Shown here: in pieces, positions 40,678-52,033 of the stretch
How positions within the stretch are numbered: the stretch's first letter is position 1
How the letters are laid out: the number at the start of each line of letters is the position of its first letter
NCBI GenBank assembly: GCA_963777505.1
Contig: CAVZQN010000006.1
Location: 32,001 to 96,000 of the forward strand
Source: an uncultured bacterium
GTDB taxonomy: Bacteria > Acidobacteriota > HRBIN11 > JAKEFK01
Reading direction: 5' to 3'
Length of the DNA: 64,000 nt
Notes under the pieces: model-generated
Told to the model about the DNA's origin: nothing
What the model saw: only the letters and a program-made list of their open reading frames with translations
The model's database searches: none
Made by a program: the position numbers and the translations under genes

Positions 40678-41460
40678 ATGACTATGTTAAAAAGCAAAGG
40701 CGCGGTCGTGACTGGTGCTGCATCTGGCATCGGAAAAGCGATCGCAACAGCATTTCTCGAAGCCGGTGCAAGCGTGCTGCTCTGCGATGTAAACGCGAAA
40801 GCACTGGAAACCGTTGTCAGCGAGCTTGGTGCTCGTGCCAAGGGCCAGGTCACTGATGTGTCGGACGAAAATCAAGTTGAAGGCGCTATGCGCCAGGCAC
40901 GCACTGCCTTCGGCTCATTGGATATCGTAGTGAATTGCGCCGGCTTTGGTGCGATTGCACCGCTTATTGAATTGACTGCTGAAAAGTGGAAATCCGTTCA
41001 GGCAGTGACTCTTGGTGGAGTCTTCTACGGTGTGAAACATGCCGCTCTGCAAATGCTTGAGCAAGGACGTCCGGGCGTCATCATCAATATCTCATCGGTG
41101 AACGGACGGCAGCCCGGTGAAGGTCAGGTGGCTTATTGTGCGGCCAAGGCCGGCGTGGACATGATCACGCGATGCGGCGCGCTGGAGCTTGGCAGTACCG
41201 GTATTCGTGTCGTCGGCATTGCGCCAGGTATGGTGGAGACGCCGTTGACAAAGAAGGAGTTGGAAAATCCAGCGATGCGTGAGCTATTCATGAGCTGCAT
41301 CCCGATGAGGCGTGCGGTTGAAGCGCAAGAGATTGCAGCGGCCGCAGTATTTCTCGCTTCCGATGGCGCCAGATCGATCAACGGCGAAACGATCGCCATC
41401 GACGGTGGCTCGTTGACACGCGGCTATCCGGCATTACTGACAGGGTTGAAAAAGTCATGA
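40678..41460 (+). CDS. Classical SDR oxidoreductase (NAD-preferring)
   Basis: VTGAASGIG, acidic residue in LCDV, VNCAG, INISS and YCAAK. Confidence 0.92.
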   Translation: MTMLKSKGAVVTGAASGIGKAIATAFLEAGASVLLCDVNAKALETVVSELGARAKGQVTDVSDENQVEGAMRQARTAFGSLDIVVNCAGFGAIAPLIELTAEKWKSVQAVTLGGVFYGVKHAALQMLEQGRPGVIINISSVNGRQPGEGQVAYCAAKAGVDMITRCGALELGSTGIRVVGIAPGMVETPLTKKELENPAMRELFMSCIPMRRAVEAQEIAAAAVFLASDGARSINGETIAIDGGSLTRGYPALLTGLKKS

Positions 41461-42497
41461 AAATCGAAGGAAAACGCTACACGAGTGGGCGAATCGCCGT
41501 CTCCAATCTTTCGGCCACGATCGATAGTTTGGAGCTGCGACGCTTGCAACGTTCGACTACTTTTGATGATCTTCTAATACTGTCGAAGCTTCTGTTTCTT
41601 CGCGGTGACTTGCTTGGCCATATCTCGGATCATGACCGCGGAAAAATATTGGCCACCAAGGCTATTGCATTTTCTCCCAATACGGCTACTGCGGCCTACA
41701 TTCTTGCTCAGCTTGCGGAACGTTTTCATCGTTTTGACGAAGCAAACTCTCTTCTCGATCGTGCAGGCGCAGCCGGATATCCAACGCACAAAATTGACGT
41801 CAAAAGGGCGGCAGTACTTCAGGCGACAGGACGATACACCGAAGCGCGCGTTCTTCGTGAACGAATGGCGAAAGAGAATCCTGGCATTGATACACTTGGG
41901 GCACTCGCGTCACTGCTGGCGGAAATGGATGAATGGTCAGTGGCCGAAAACTGCTATGCGGCCGCGCTCGAAGCAGATCATGGCCTATCGCCTTTGCCCT
42001 GCGGACAGCTACTGTTCGAATGGGGAGTGAGCGCGATGCGACGCGGTGATCTGGATCAGGCTGAGACGATTTTTGCCGAGCTTGAAGTGATATTGCCCGC
42101 ACATGCTCCAGGACGTGGGCATCGCGCCGAGGTCGCTTTGGTCCGCGGGCAGTTAGATTTTGCAGAGACTCTCATCATGCCGCTGCTCACAACCTCCGAC
42201 GATCCTGAATATCGTGCGATCTATGCAGAGATCCTCGCTGCACGTGGTGACTGCAAAGTTAGAACCGAGGCGGAACATGCAGCGGCAGAGTATGAGCTGC
42301 TACTGGCACGACGCCCCGAAGCCTATTTAGATCATGCTGCAGCCTTCTTCATGGGAGTTGGCAATCGGCCAGAGCATGCGGTGGAACTGGCTTTCGCAAA
42401 TTGGAAGCTGCGCGACACACCACGCTCCCGCAGCCTCCTGGCCAAAGCGCGTCTCCGCGCACAACAAATTTCAGTGGTGAAGGAGAGTGCAGCATGA
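41457..42497 (+). CDS. TPR-like helical repeat protein
   Basis: Ala/Leu-rich helical repeats; adjacent to DUF4331; ATGA overlaps on both sides. Confidence 0.75.
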   Translation: MKIEGKRYTSGRIAVSNLSATIDSLELRRLQRSTTFDDLLILSKLLFLRGDLLGHISDHDRGKILATKAIAFSPNTATAAYILAQLAERFHRFDEANSLLDRAGAAGYPTHKIDVKRAAVLQATGRYTEARVLRERMAKENPGIDTLGALASLLAEMDEWSVAENCYAAALEADHGLSPLPCGQLLFEWGVSAMRRGDLDQAETIFAELEVILPAHAPGRGHRAEVALVRGQLDFAETLIMPLLTTSDDPEYRAIYAEILAARGDCKVRTEAEHAAAEYELLLARRPEAYLDHAAAFFMGVGNRPEHAVELAFANWKLRDTPRSRSLLAKARLRAQQISVVKESAA

Positions 42498-43830
42498 GTG
42501 TGAAGAGTTGTGCAGCAGGGCCATGTCGGCCCAGAGTGGTAGTCATCGGTGGCGGGTTTGCGGGTATTGCCGTCGTCCGTCAGTTGCGCGACGTCGATGC
42601 CGACATAACGCTGGTGGACCGAAACAATCATCATCTTTTTCAGCCGTTCCTTTTTCAAGTCGCCACATCGATCCTTGAACCTGCGGAAATCGCGACTCCT
42701 ATCCGTTCGCTTTTGAACAAGATGCCTCATGTCAAAGTGGAAATGCGTGAGGCCCTTCGCGTAGATGTAAAACGCCGTGTTGTCGTTATGGGCGAAGGAG
42801 ACGATCTCCCCTACGACATGCTCGTGATAGCAACAGGAGCGCAAACCAGTTATTTCGGCCACGAGTCGGAATGGGCCCAACATGCGCAAGGGTTGAAAAC
42901 ACTTCAGGATGCCATTGCAGCTCGGAATCGGCTTTTGAGTGCATTCGAACAGGCGGAAATGGAAGCGGATCCCGGAACCCGTGCGTTTTATATGGCAATC
43001 GTTGTGGTGGGGGGCGGTCCAACAGGAGTGGCTATTACAGGCACCATCAGCGAGTTCGTGAAGCGGACCTTGCCGGCAGACTTCCGTAATATTGACATCC
43101 GCCAAGCGCGCATTGTGCTTGTTGAAGCGGGAGCTAGATTGCTGCCCTCATTCAGTGAAAAACATTCGTCGTATGCGACCCGCGCACTCCAACGTGCCGG
43201 AGTTGAGGTGAAACTCGGCGTTCCAGTTACGCATGTGGATGCGCGCGGCGTATCGATCGGCGCCGAGCGGATAGATGCAGCTACAGTTCTGTGGTGCACA
43301 GGTGTACAGGGCGTGCCACTGGCAAAAACGCTAGGTGTAGATCTAAAACCGAACGGTACAGTACCGGTTGAAAAGGATTTCTCAGTTCCTGGTTATCCTG
43401 AGTGCTTCGTAGTTGGCGATGCAGCTTCTGTGATAGGGCCTGATGGCCGACCTCTTCCGGGTCTCGCATCGGTTGCGCAAGAACAAGGCCACTACGTTGG
43501 CAAACTGATTGCCTCCCGGTTGGGGGACGGCCACTCCCCCCTCCTCCAGACCCATTCGTGGCGAGCAAGCTTGCAACGATTACGCGGCATGTAGGTGTTG
43601 CTGAGTACGGTGATAAATCGATCACTGGCTTTCCTGCTTGGCTGATGTGGGGGTTGCTTCATCTTAGAACTCTCGCAGGCGGGCATTCAAAGGTATCGAT
43701 ACTCGCAAACTGGCTCCGTCTTTTGGTCACCTATCGCCGCAGCGCACGGTTGATTATCGAATCACGTCCTAAAGCCGCGACCGAGGAAACGTTAACAATC
43801 ACGGCCCCAGCGCTAACTTCATCAAGGTGA
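42494..43830 (+). CDS. NDH-2-like FAD/NAD(P) oxidoreductase, paralog 1; frameshift near 43540
   Basis: IGGGFAG, DRNNHHLFQP, ATGA, GGGPTG and VVGDAA; C-terminus GFPAWLMWGLLH in 43558..43830. Confidence 0.85.
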
Positions 43831-43834
43831 TGAC

Positions 43835-45145
43835 ATGAAAAATCGACTGGTTCTGCTTGCTCTTTTGCTACTGACTTGTACAAGCTTAGTGTTTTCCCAG
43901 GACCAGGAAAGCAACGACTCTTTTCAAGACCCTACGAAGCGGGTGTTTCAACTGCTGCTGCCATCTGAACATTTGTTGGGTGACTGGGGCCGGTTGAGAT
44001 CGAAACTTGAAGAATCTGGCATTACTCCAAGACTGGTACTCATTACTGACTTCGCCGGAAACCCGAGCGGTGGCCGATCCCAAGGCACGACTGCGCCAAC
44101 TAGTGTTGAGCTAAGCTTGTTCTTCGACCTCCAGAAGATGTGGGGGCTGAAGAAAGGCTCCATCTTTGCGTCATTTTCCGAACGCTGGAACGACAGTCTT
44201 TCGGTAACTGAAATCGGCAACATCTTTAGCGCGCAACAGATTTATGGCTTCCAGACTTACCGCCTTATTGATCTTTCCTATCAGCAGGAGTTGTTTGATG
44301 GTCAGATGGAGCTCCGGCTCGGACGCTTCCCAGCGATGGATGACTTTCTGGTCTCACCTTACAACTTTGGATTCATGTCAAACGCGTTTTGCGGCAACCC
44401 TTTTGGAATCATATTAAGTGCACCGGGCATGAGCGCCTACTACGGCACCTGGGCGGCTCTCGTAAAGGTGAAACCTACAAAGCGAAGCTACCTGATGACC
44501 GGCGTTTACAATGGCGATCCCGAGATCCGCGAAAACAAATACCATGGTGTGAATTTTTCACTGAACGGACCACTTTTCTCAATTAGCGAGGCCGGTTACC
44601 AGATTAGTGGACTACCTGGGGATAACCAATTGCTCGGCAACTATAAGCTAGGCGCCTGGTACGACCGTTCCACGCTAGTGGATTTCGAGTCCGGCGCGGA
44701 AAAGAGCGGTAGCTGGGGCTTTTATGCCCTCTTCGATCAGGTACTCGTCCCATTCAGCAGTCCCGGCAGCAACCGTGGATTTGGCGTCTTCGGGTCGGTC
44801 ACTGTCGCACCGAATTCCGACATCCAGCAGTTACCTTTGTTCATTACGGCCGGCGTTTCCGCGCGTGGAATGTTCGCCGCACGCCCGCGGGATGTCGTTT
44901 CGTTAGGTGTGGCATCCGGACACTTCAGCGAAAACCTGCAGCGAGCCCAGCAAAATGGACAGCGTCCTCGTCCCGATGGAGGTACCCAAGATTATGAGAC
45001 AGTGATCGAACTGACTTATCGCTTTGACTTGCGGAAGGGTGCCTTATTCATCCAGCCGGACTTTCAATACATCATTCAGCCCGGCGGCACGGGCAATCTC
45101 AAGAACACAGTGGTGATCGGCTCCCAATTCGGTATCAACTTTTGA
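43835..45145 (+). CDS. OprB-family carbohydrate-selective porin
   Basis: Signal peptide, LLGDWG, GNPSGG, ETVIELTY, IQPDFQYIIQPGG and terminal F. Confidence 0.88.
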   Translation: MKNRLVLLALLLLTCTSLVFSQDQESNDSFQDPTKRVFQLLLPSEHLLGDWGRLRSKLEESGITPRLVLITDFAGNPSGGRSQGTTAPTSVELSLFFDLQKMWGLKKGSIFASFSERWNDSLSVTEIGNIFSAQQIYGFQTYRLIDLSYQQELFDGQMELRLGRFPAMDDFLVSPYNFGFMSNAFCGNPFGIILSAPGMSAYYGTWAALVKVKPTKRSYLMTGVYNGDPEIRENKYHGVNFSLNGPLFSISEAGYQISGLPGDNQLLGNYKLGAWYDRSTLVDFESGAEKSGSWGFYALFDQVLVPFSSPGSNRGFGVFGSVTVAPNSDIQQLPLFITAGVSARGMFAARPRDVVSLGVASGHFSENLQRAQQNGQRPRPDGGTQDYETVIELTYRFDLRKGALFIQPDFQYIIQPGGTGNLKNTVVIGSQFGINF

Positions 45146-45158
45146 TGGAGGAAGGAAA

Positions 45159-46571
45159 ATGAAATTATCAACGTTCAACAAAAAACAAGAGAATTTTACG
45201 GGTCATCAGATTGGCCGCCATCGAGTCGTGATCGTGGGCGGCGGGTTTGGTGGACTCTTCGCAGCGAAAGCGCTGCGGCGTGCTGCTGTTGACATCACAC
45301 TGGTGGATCGGACAAACCATCACTTATTTCAGCCGTTGCTCTACCAGGTTGCGACAGGAATTCTTTCTGAGGGCGCAATTGCGGCGCCGATACGCGACAT
45401 CCTTCAGCGCCAAAAGAATGCGCAGGTTTTATTGGGAGAAGTTCAGGATGTCGATCTTCAAACGCGTCATGTCATGATAGATACCCTCGGTTCTCGCAGT
45501 GAAATTCCATACGATAGTTTGATTATGGCAGCGGGCGCAAAGCAGTCGTACTTTGGACATCCTGAGTTCGCTGAACATGCGCCAGGGATGAAGACGATCG
45601 ATCACGCGCTCGAATTGCGCGGACGCATCTTTGGAGCATTCGAGATGGCCGAACGTGAGCCGGATCGCGCCGCAAGACGTCGCTGGCTTACGTTTGTAGT
45701 GATAGGTGGCGGCCCTACGGGCGTCGAGGTCGCGGGCCAGCTGGTTGAGTTGTCTCACTCCCTGAAACGGAATTACCGCAACATTGATCCGTCGCAAGCG
45801 CGCATCATCATTCTAGATGCCGGACCGGCGGTGCTGGGATCATTTCCGGAGCAGCTACGCAAGCGGACTGAGAGCGACCTTCGAGACTTAGGAATAGAGA
45901 TTCATCTGGGAACGAAGGTGACCCGCGTAGATGATCTAGGGATCGAAACGGACTCTACGGATCCAAATATACAGCGCATCGAGGCGGCGACAAAGATATG
46001 GGCCGCTGGAGTTCAGGCTTCACCACTCGGCCAAATTCTTGCTGAAAAAGCTGGCGCAGAACTTGATCGATCCGGACGAGTGAAGGTTGAAGCTGATTGC
46101 ACGCTTCCTGGTTATCCTGAAGTTTTCGTAGTTGGCGATTTGATGAATCTTCAGCAACTGCCACAATTGGCGCTGGTCGCTGTTCAATCTGCTCAGCACG
46201 CAGCACAGACAATCACCCGACGCCTTTCGGGCGATACAAGGCAACGGCCGTTCCGTTACCGCGACTTGGGTTCAATGGCGACCATCTCAAAATTTCGCGC
46301 GATCGGAGTAGTAGGAAAACTGCAATTTTCCGGGTTTATAGCATGGGTTATGTGGCTCATCATCCACGTTGTTCGTTTGGCTGACCCTCGGAACCGGATC
46401 ACTGTCCTTTTTAACTGGGCGATTACTTTCTTCACCAACAGTAGGCCCCATCGCGTCATCACTTCACAACAAGTGTTCGGAAGGCTTGCACTGGATGCAC
46501 AACCTGACCTAATGCAAGTGAAAAGTTCACCGTCTTCAAACGCGGTATCTACCCTAATTTTGGAGTTATCA
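45159..46571 (+). CDS. NDH-2-like FAD/NAD(P) oxidoreductase, paralog 2 (no stop before the next gene)
   Basis: VGGGFGG, HHLFQPLLYQVATG, GGGPTGVE, WAAGV and FRYRDLGSMATI. Confidence 0.88.
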
Positions 46572-47333
46572 ATGTCAAAAATACTCATCCTTGGGGCGAC
46601 CGGCTCTCTCGGTCGGCATGTTGCCCAACAAGCCGTTTCGGCGAACCACGAAGTTTCAACTTTGGTGCGAACACCATCCAAGTTACGAGGCCGAACTTCG
46701 AGAGCAGGTCACAGTGTCATCAGGCTGATCTAGCAACAGTGCCTGCAGCTGATCTGACAGCCATTCTCAGAAATCATGATGTCGTTATTAGCACAGCAGG
46801 TTTGGTCACCCAAGGGCCAAATCTTCGTTGATCTTATTGATCGCATCGTGACCAGTCTGGAATCCCTACCTCACCAAGATCGGCCTGTCTGCTGGTTTAT
46901 GGCAGGTGCAGCATTGCTAGACCTTGATGACCGTAGTCGAAAGGGCGTTGATCTCCCTCGCATTTCGTCCACTTATTGGCCGCATCGCGCTAATTTCGAC
47001 CGCATCCGTCAAACCACATTAGACTGGCGAATACTGTGTCCGGGGCCAATGGTTCATCAGCAACCTTTAGGGCTGGATCGAATGCGAATATCGCTTGACC
47101 GATTGCCCGTACAGATCCCTTCGTTTACCAGGTTTCTGCCTGGAGCTTTTGTATTGCCTTTCTTCGTCTCACGTATCCCTGAAATGATTGTCTCCTATGC
47201 CGATGCAGCCGCGCTAATGCTTGCCAACCTCACTCCCGATGGCGAGATGTCCCGCCATCGAGTTGGATTGGCGTTACCCGTTGGGATGCGAGGTAAGAAA
47301 GAACACTGGGCAGCCAAACCGAACGCCCGCTAA
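46572..47333 (+). CDS. NAD(P)H-binding atypical SDR / flavin reductase-like protein, frameshifted
   Basis: GGAG RBS then MSKILILGATGSLG; continues MAGAALL and LDWRILCPG in 46776..47333. Confidence 0.8.
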
Positions 47334-47352
47334 TTCACTGTTTAGTAGGAAG

Positions 47353-47469
47353 TGTCAAAAACGTTTTGCCAACTGTCAACGGAAAGACGTGCAGAAGACG
47401 ACATTCTGTCTTCAAAAATCGATGCACCCGACGATCAACTCGAACGCTCAGCTTGGCCCGTTCATTGCA
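47353..47469 (+). promoter_or_regulatory. GTCAA half-site array plus sigma54 promoter (47454-47469)
   Basis: TGTCAAAAACGTTTTGCCAACTGTCAA, then TGGCCC-GTTCA-TTGCA. Confidence 0.7.
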
Positions 47470-47494
47470 AACGAAATCGTCAGCACAGGAGGAA

Positions 47495-47677
47495 ATGAAG
47501 ATGAAAACAACGATTCGATTAGGTGACTTGATTGCGACTCTGTATGATGCAGCAGAGAAGAAAACAAAGGATAAGAGAATGCAGTCCGTTTTAGTACGTC
47601 TGGCTCTGTATGATCTCAGGTTGAGATACAGCATTCGCAGTAAGCGCACCATGGTTAAAAGACGTTCTGCAGCATAG
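47495..47677 (+). CDS. Small basic hypothetical protein (~60 aa)
   Basis: AGGAGG RBS; MKMKTTIRLGDLIATLYDAAEKK... Confidence 0.7.
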   Translation: MKMKTTIRLGDLIATLYDAAEKKTKDKRMQSVLVRLALYDLRLRYSIRSKRTMVKRRSAA

Positions 47678-47756
47678 ACGAACAATCGTTCAGAGATTCA
47701 AAAGCTGAGTTTGTAAATTTGCAACTTCTTCTTGATCGTCGTTCAGAGCGTAGACG

Positions 47757-50700
47757 TTAGTTCTGCTTGTTCTTGGTAAGTGAAAAGTAGAAGGTGGCGC
47801 CGCCATCCACTTTGCCCTCCGCCCAGACGCGGCCGCCATGGTGATGTATGATGCGTTGAACTGTAGCCAGACCGATGCCGGTGCCTTCGAAGTCCTCCTG
47901 CGGATGAAGCCGTTGAAAAACACCGAACAGCTTGGTGTAATACTTCATGTCGAAGCCCACCCCATTGTCTCGAATGAATATCACCACGTGATCGTCCTTT
48001 CTTTCCGTGCATCCGATCTCGATCTCCGCCTCTTGCCGTTTCCGTGTGAATTTGACGGCGTTGGAAATCAAGTTGACTAGGGCCAGCCGCAGCATCGAGC
48101 GGTCCCCATACCACTCAGGCAATGAATCTGTTTTCCAAGTGATTTTGCGTCGCCGCTGTATCCCGGCGGACTTCGGCAATGACATCTGCAACGAGCTGCT
48201 CCAGGTTGATCATGGAATTGTGCGTCTCGGCGCGGGTGATTCGAGAAAACGCCAGCAGATCATCGATCAGGCTGCCCATCCGATTCGACTCTTCCAGAAT
48301 CAGGCTTACATAGCGGGTGCTCTTCTCATTGAGAGAGGCGGCCGCTGACTTGTTCAGAAGCTCCGCAAAACCCGACACGTGGCGCAGAGGTGCCCGAAGA
48401 TCGTGCGCCACGGAATAAGCGAAGCTTTCCAGATCCTTGTTGCTGGTCTCCAGCGCCATCGACCGTTTTGCAAGCTCCTGGTTGAGAGCCTGAATTCTCT
48501 CCTCCCAGCGTTTTCGGGCTGTGATATCGTTGCTGGTTTCGAGGATGGCGACCGGACGATGTTGCTGATCCCGCCGCAAAGACCACCGGCTAGAGAATGA
48601 CAGCCTGATCGCCGTTCGCCTTGGATCGCCTCAGTTCGCCCTGCCATTGATCCTTCTCCAGCAGCTCTACCCGGATTTCCTCGACTGGATTTGGAAAAAT
48701 GGTGCGTAGAAGTTCATCCGATCTCTTGCCGATGGCTTCTTCCTGAGTCCATCCGTAGAATTCTTCGGCTCCTTGATTCCAATACTTAATGACGAACTCC
48801 ATGTCGAGAACCGAGATCGTATCGTGTGTCAGGTCGAGCAAGCTGGATCTTTCCTCAACTTCGATCTTAAGAGCTTCTTCGATCCGCTTGCGGTCTTCGA
48901 TGTCAGTGAGAATTCCATACCACCTGAGGACCTTTCCGTGTTTATCGCGCAGCGGAACACCCCGAGCCAACAGCCAACGATATTCTCCATTTGCGGCGTT
49001 ACGAAAGCGGGCCTCGAATTCGTATGGTTCACCACTCGCGATGGAGGCGCGCCACTTATCCATACATAATGAAAGGTCCTCCGGGTGAACTGCAGCCGTC
49101 CAACCCGACCCGACCGTATCCTCCGCAGACAAACCCGTAAATTCCGCCCAGCGCCTGTTTACGAATTCATTAGAGCCATCCGGAAGAGCGGTCCAAGCCA
49201 TTGCCGGAATGGTTTCGATTACATCCCGAAGCTTCTTGAAATCTTGCCGAAGTTGGCGCACACGCAGCTGATAAGCCCCTCCGAGAAGTGCCAGAAGAAT
49301 AACGACGCCGAGAGCGCGGAACCAGTTTGTCTGGTAGTAGGCCGGAGCGATTGAGAAAGCCAGCTTAGCGGGAGTATTGTTCCAGACGCCGTCACTATTG
49401 CTGGCGATCGACCTGGAATGAATAGTTCCCCGGAGGGAGGTCCGTGTAAAATGCCTGCCGGCGCGTGCCGGCGTCGTGCCAATCACTATTCATAGCCTTC
49501 CAGGCGGTAACGGAATTTCACCTTCTCGGGATTAAGAAACGAAGGTGAGGTGTAATCTATCTGCAAGTCACGCGGGTGCGGGGAGAGTCTCAGTTTATCG
49601 GTCGGTGCAAATTCCTTTCGGTCAACCGTGATCGATTCAATGAAAGTCACCGCCGGTGGAGATTCTTTCGCGAGTCTGGATGGGTCCAGCATCATTACCA
49701 CATATCCGGTAGCAAACCACACGCGTCCATCCGGAGATAAAGCCGCAGAATTGAAAGACGGTTGCCCTGATAGCCGGGCTCCGTCAAGGACATCGTACAG
49801 CCGAGTGTGAACTATCGCTTCGGGGTTGGCCCACCATTGCTGGAGTTCGGAATCTGGAAATTGGATAACTCCGCAGTGGGTGTTAAGCCACCACTGTTTC
49901 TGTTTGTCTTGAATGAAGGAAACCACGGTATTGCAGGGCAACCCGTTTTTCGTTGTCATTCGCTGCACCTTACCCTTCCGCCATCCAACAAGCCCGTTTT
50001 CGGAACTGGCAAGCACGGAACCATCCGCCTGCACGATGATCTGGCGATTATACGGATCACCTCCGGGGTTTAGCGGAAACCTTGTTTCAATGGCGCCATT
50101 CCGCAAGAGTATGACTTCTCCCTCCAGAGTGGTGATCCAAATTCCGCCTTTTGGATCGGGAGCGAAGTAATGTCCGGGCGGAATTTGCGAGGCGGAGAAC
50201 TCTTCGACGACCCGGAAATCGCGAATTCGCAGCAGTCTTCGCGGAGGGCCTGCACAGGCGGCCCATATATTCCCATCTATGTCCTCAATCATCGCAAGCA
50301 CCATTCCGAACGGCTTGTCCGGCGGGTCGATGCGGCGGAACTGCCCATTCTTCACGTGATAGAGCCCCTCATCCACTCCCACCCAAAGGTCCCCCGCACG
50401 GTCCTCGAGCATGTAAGCGACTTGAGAACCGGGAAGACCTTGCCCTGCCCGGATAGAGATGACGGTCCCATTAACGATGCGATCGAGCGATCCAGCGTTT
50501 GCGATCCAGATTGTCCCGTCTCTGGTCGCCAGAAGGCCTGCCGCTGCATCTAACGCTAGGCCTTCCACTGCGGAGAAGACGGTGATCGGCGGATCACGGA
50601 AGCTGTCTACTCCATTAGTAGTAGTAACCCAGAGAGTCCCGTCTCGGTCTTCAAAGAGACCTTCAACGAAATCACCAGACAGTCCGTCCGCCCTTCCGTA

Positions 50701-51638
50701 ATGCTCAACAACATCCCCATGAATACGAAACAGCCCCTGATTCGTCGTGCCTACCCAAAAGCTGCCCTGGCGGTCGAGCCTCATGGAGGAGACGGGCAAT
50801 TTACTGCCATCAAACCGGGCTGTTACAAAGGGTTTAAAGACACCATCCGTTAGACGTCCAAGCCCTAATCCGGGTCCTGCCTTGAGTATGCCGACCCAGA
50901 TAGAGCCATCCGCACCACGCACCAGGCAATTCACTCCGATACCTCCTGCGTTGTGCTTGAGCCCTTCAATCGGGTACAGCTTCGAGGCGCCGTTACGCCA
51001 ATGAACGAGCGCCGTCTGCCCTCCGAGCCAGAAACCTCCGTCGGATTCGGCCAGTAAGGAGCCTGCCGGGGCAATCGGTATCCCGTCGGCTTTACCGAAA
51101 CACTGAACCGCGCTGTCGGTGACTCGGCAAAGAGGCGCGTCTGAAACATCATATTGGCCTCGTACCACCCATAAGGAGCCGTCAGGAATCCTCGCGAATG
51201 CGTTCGAAAAGTTGAAGGCCTCGCAACTCCAGATGAGAAGCGACCACACCACGCTTTCAGGTGAATGATTTCACGCTCCCCTAATACCCAGAGCCCGCCT
51301 GAACGGTCGCCATGGACATTGGTAATCGTTTTGATCGCTTTACCTTTTATCGGTATAGGCCAGGGCACAAACCGCACACCGTCAAACCTGTACATACCCT
51401 GGGATCCGGCGCCCAACCAAAGGAAACCATCCAAAGTTTGCGTGATCGAATTTCCGGCGGCCGGAAGAGACCCATCTTGTGTTCGCCAGGATTTATGCAA
51501 GTACTGAGTGATCCGTTTATTCGGATCGAGGGCGTAAGCAGGGCCCGCCATGAACCATAGACAGGCGAGATAGCAACCCAACGTGGCACCAATCATCCTG
51601 CCGGGCCGGCTGAAAGTAAGCATTAGGCGAGAGGGCAT
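47757..51638 (-). CDS. Sensor histidine kinase: signal peptide, Reg_prop beta-propellers, YYY, TM, 2 PAS, HisKA, HATPase; multiple frameshifts
   Basis: [19 protein letters not shown] repeats, FRYRLEGY...[41 protein letters not shown] and GTGIGL. Confidence 0.88.
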
Positions 51639-52033
51639 ATCTGCTCGTGTACGTCAAGAACTTACAAACGATCTAGTGAGCATGTGCTCTAAGATTATAC
51701 TCAATCCCTATGAAGCAACAATGCAGTTTCGGATTGCTTAACTCTAATCACCCTTTAATTTTTGATAATCTCCAGTTACAATCAATAGATTCTGATCGCT
51801 CTTGTTTGGTCAAATCAAGTTTAGGAATTCACCTAGCATTAATTCCAAAAAGGTCTTCAAGCCAGTCAGGTGGGTAGATGTCTGATTCCGAACTCTTTTG
51901 AATGCTGCTCGGGTTTTTTAAAGCAACTACTGCGGATTTTAGTGACAGTCATATTTATCGAGTAGATTCGGGGATCAAACTACCTGATTAGTATTAATAA
52001 ATGGAAAACGGACAAGACTTTTTGGAGAGTTAA

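Noticed and set aside
42332-43105. 257 aa antisense ORF and similar long shadow ORFs in GC-rich segments
   Set aside because: They lie opposite well-supported genes and show no motifs of their own.
49483-49488. TAG/TGA in the sensor kinase as stop-codon recoding
   Set aside because: Removing one base restores [21 protein letters not shown], so this is an indel, not read-through.
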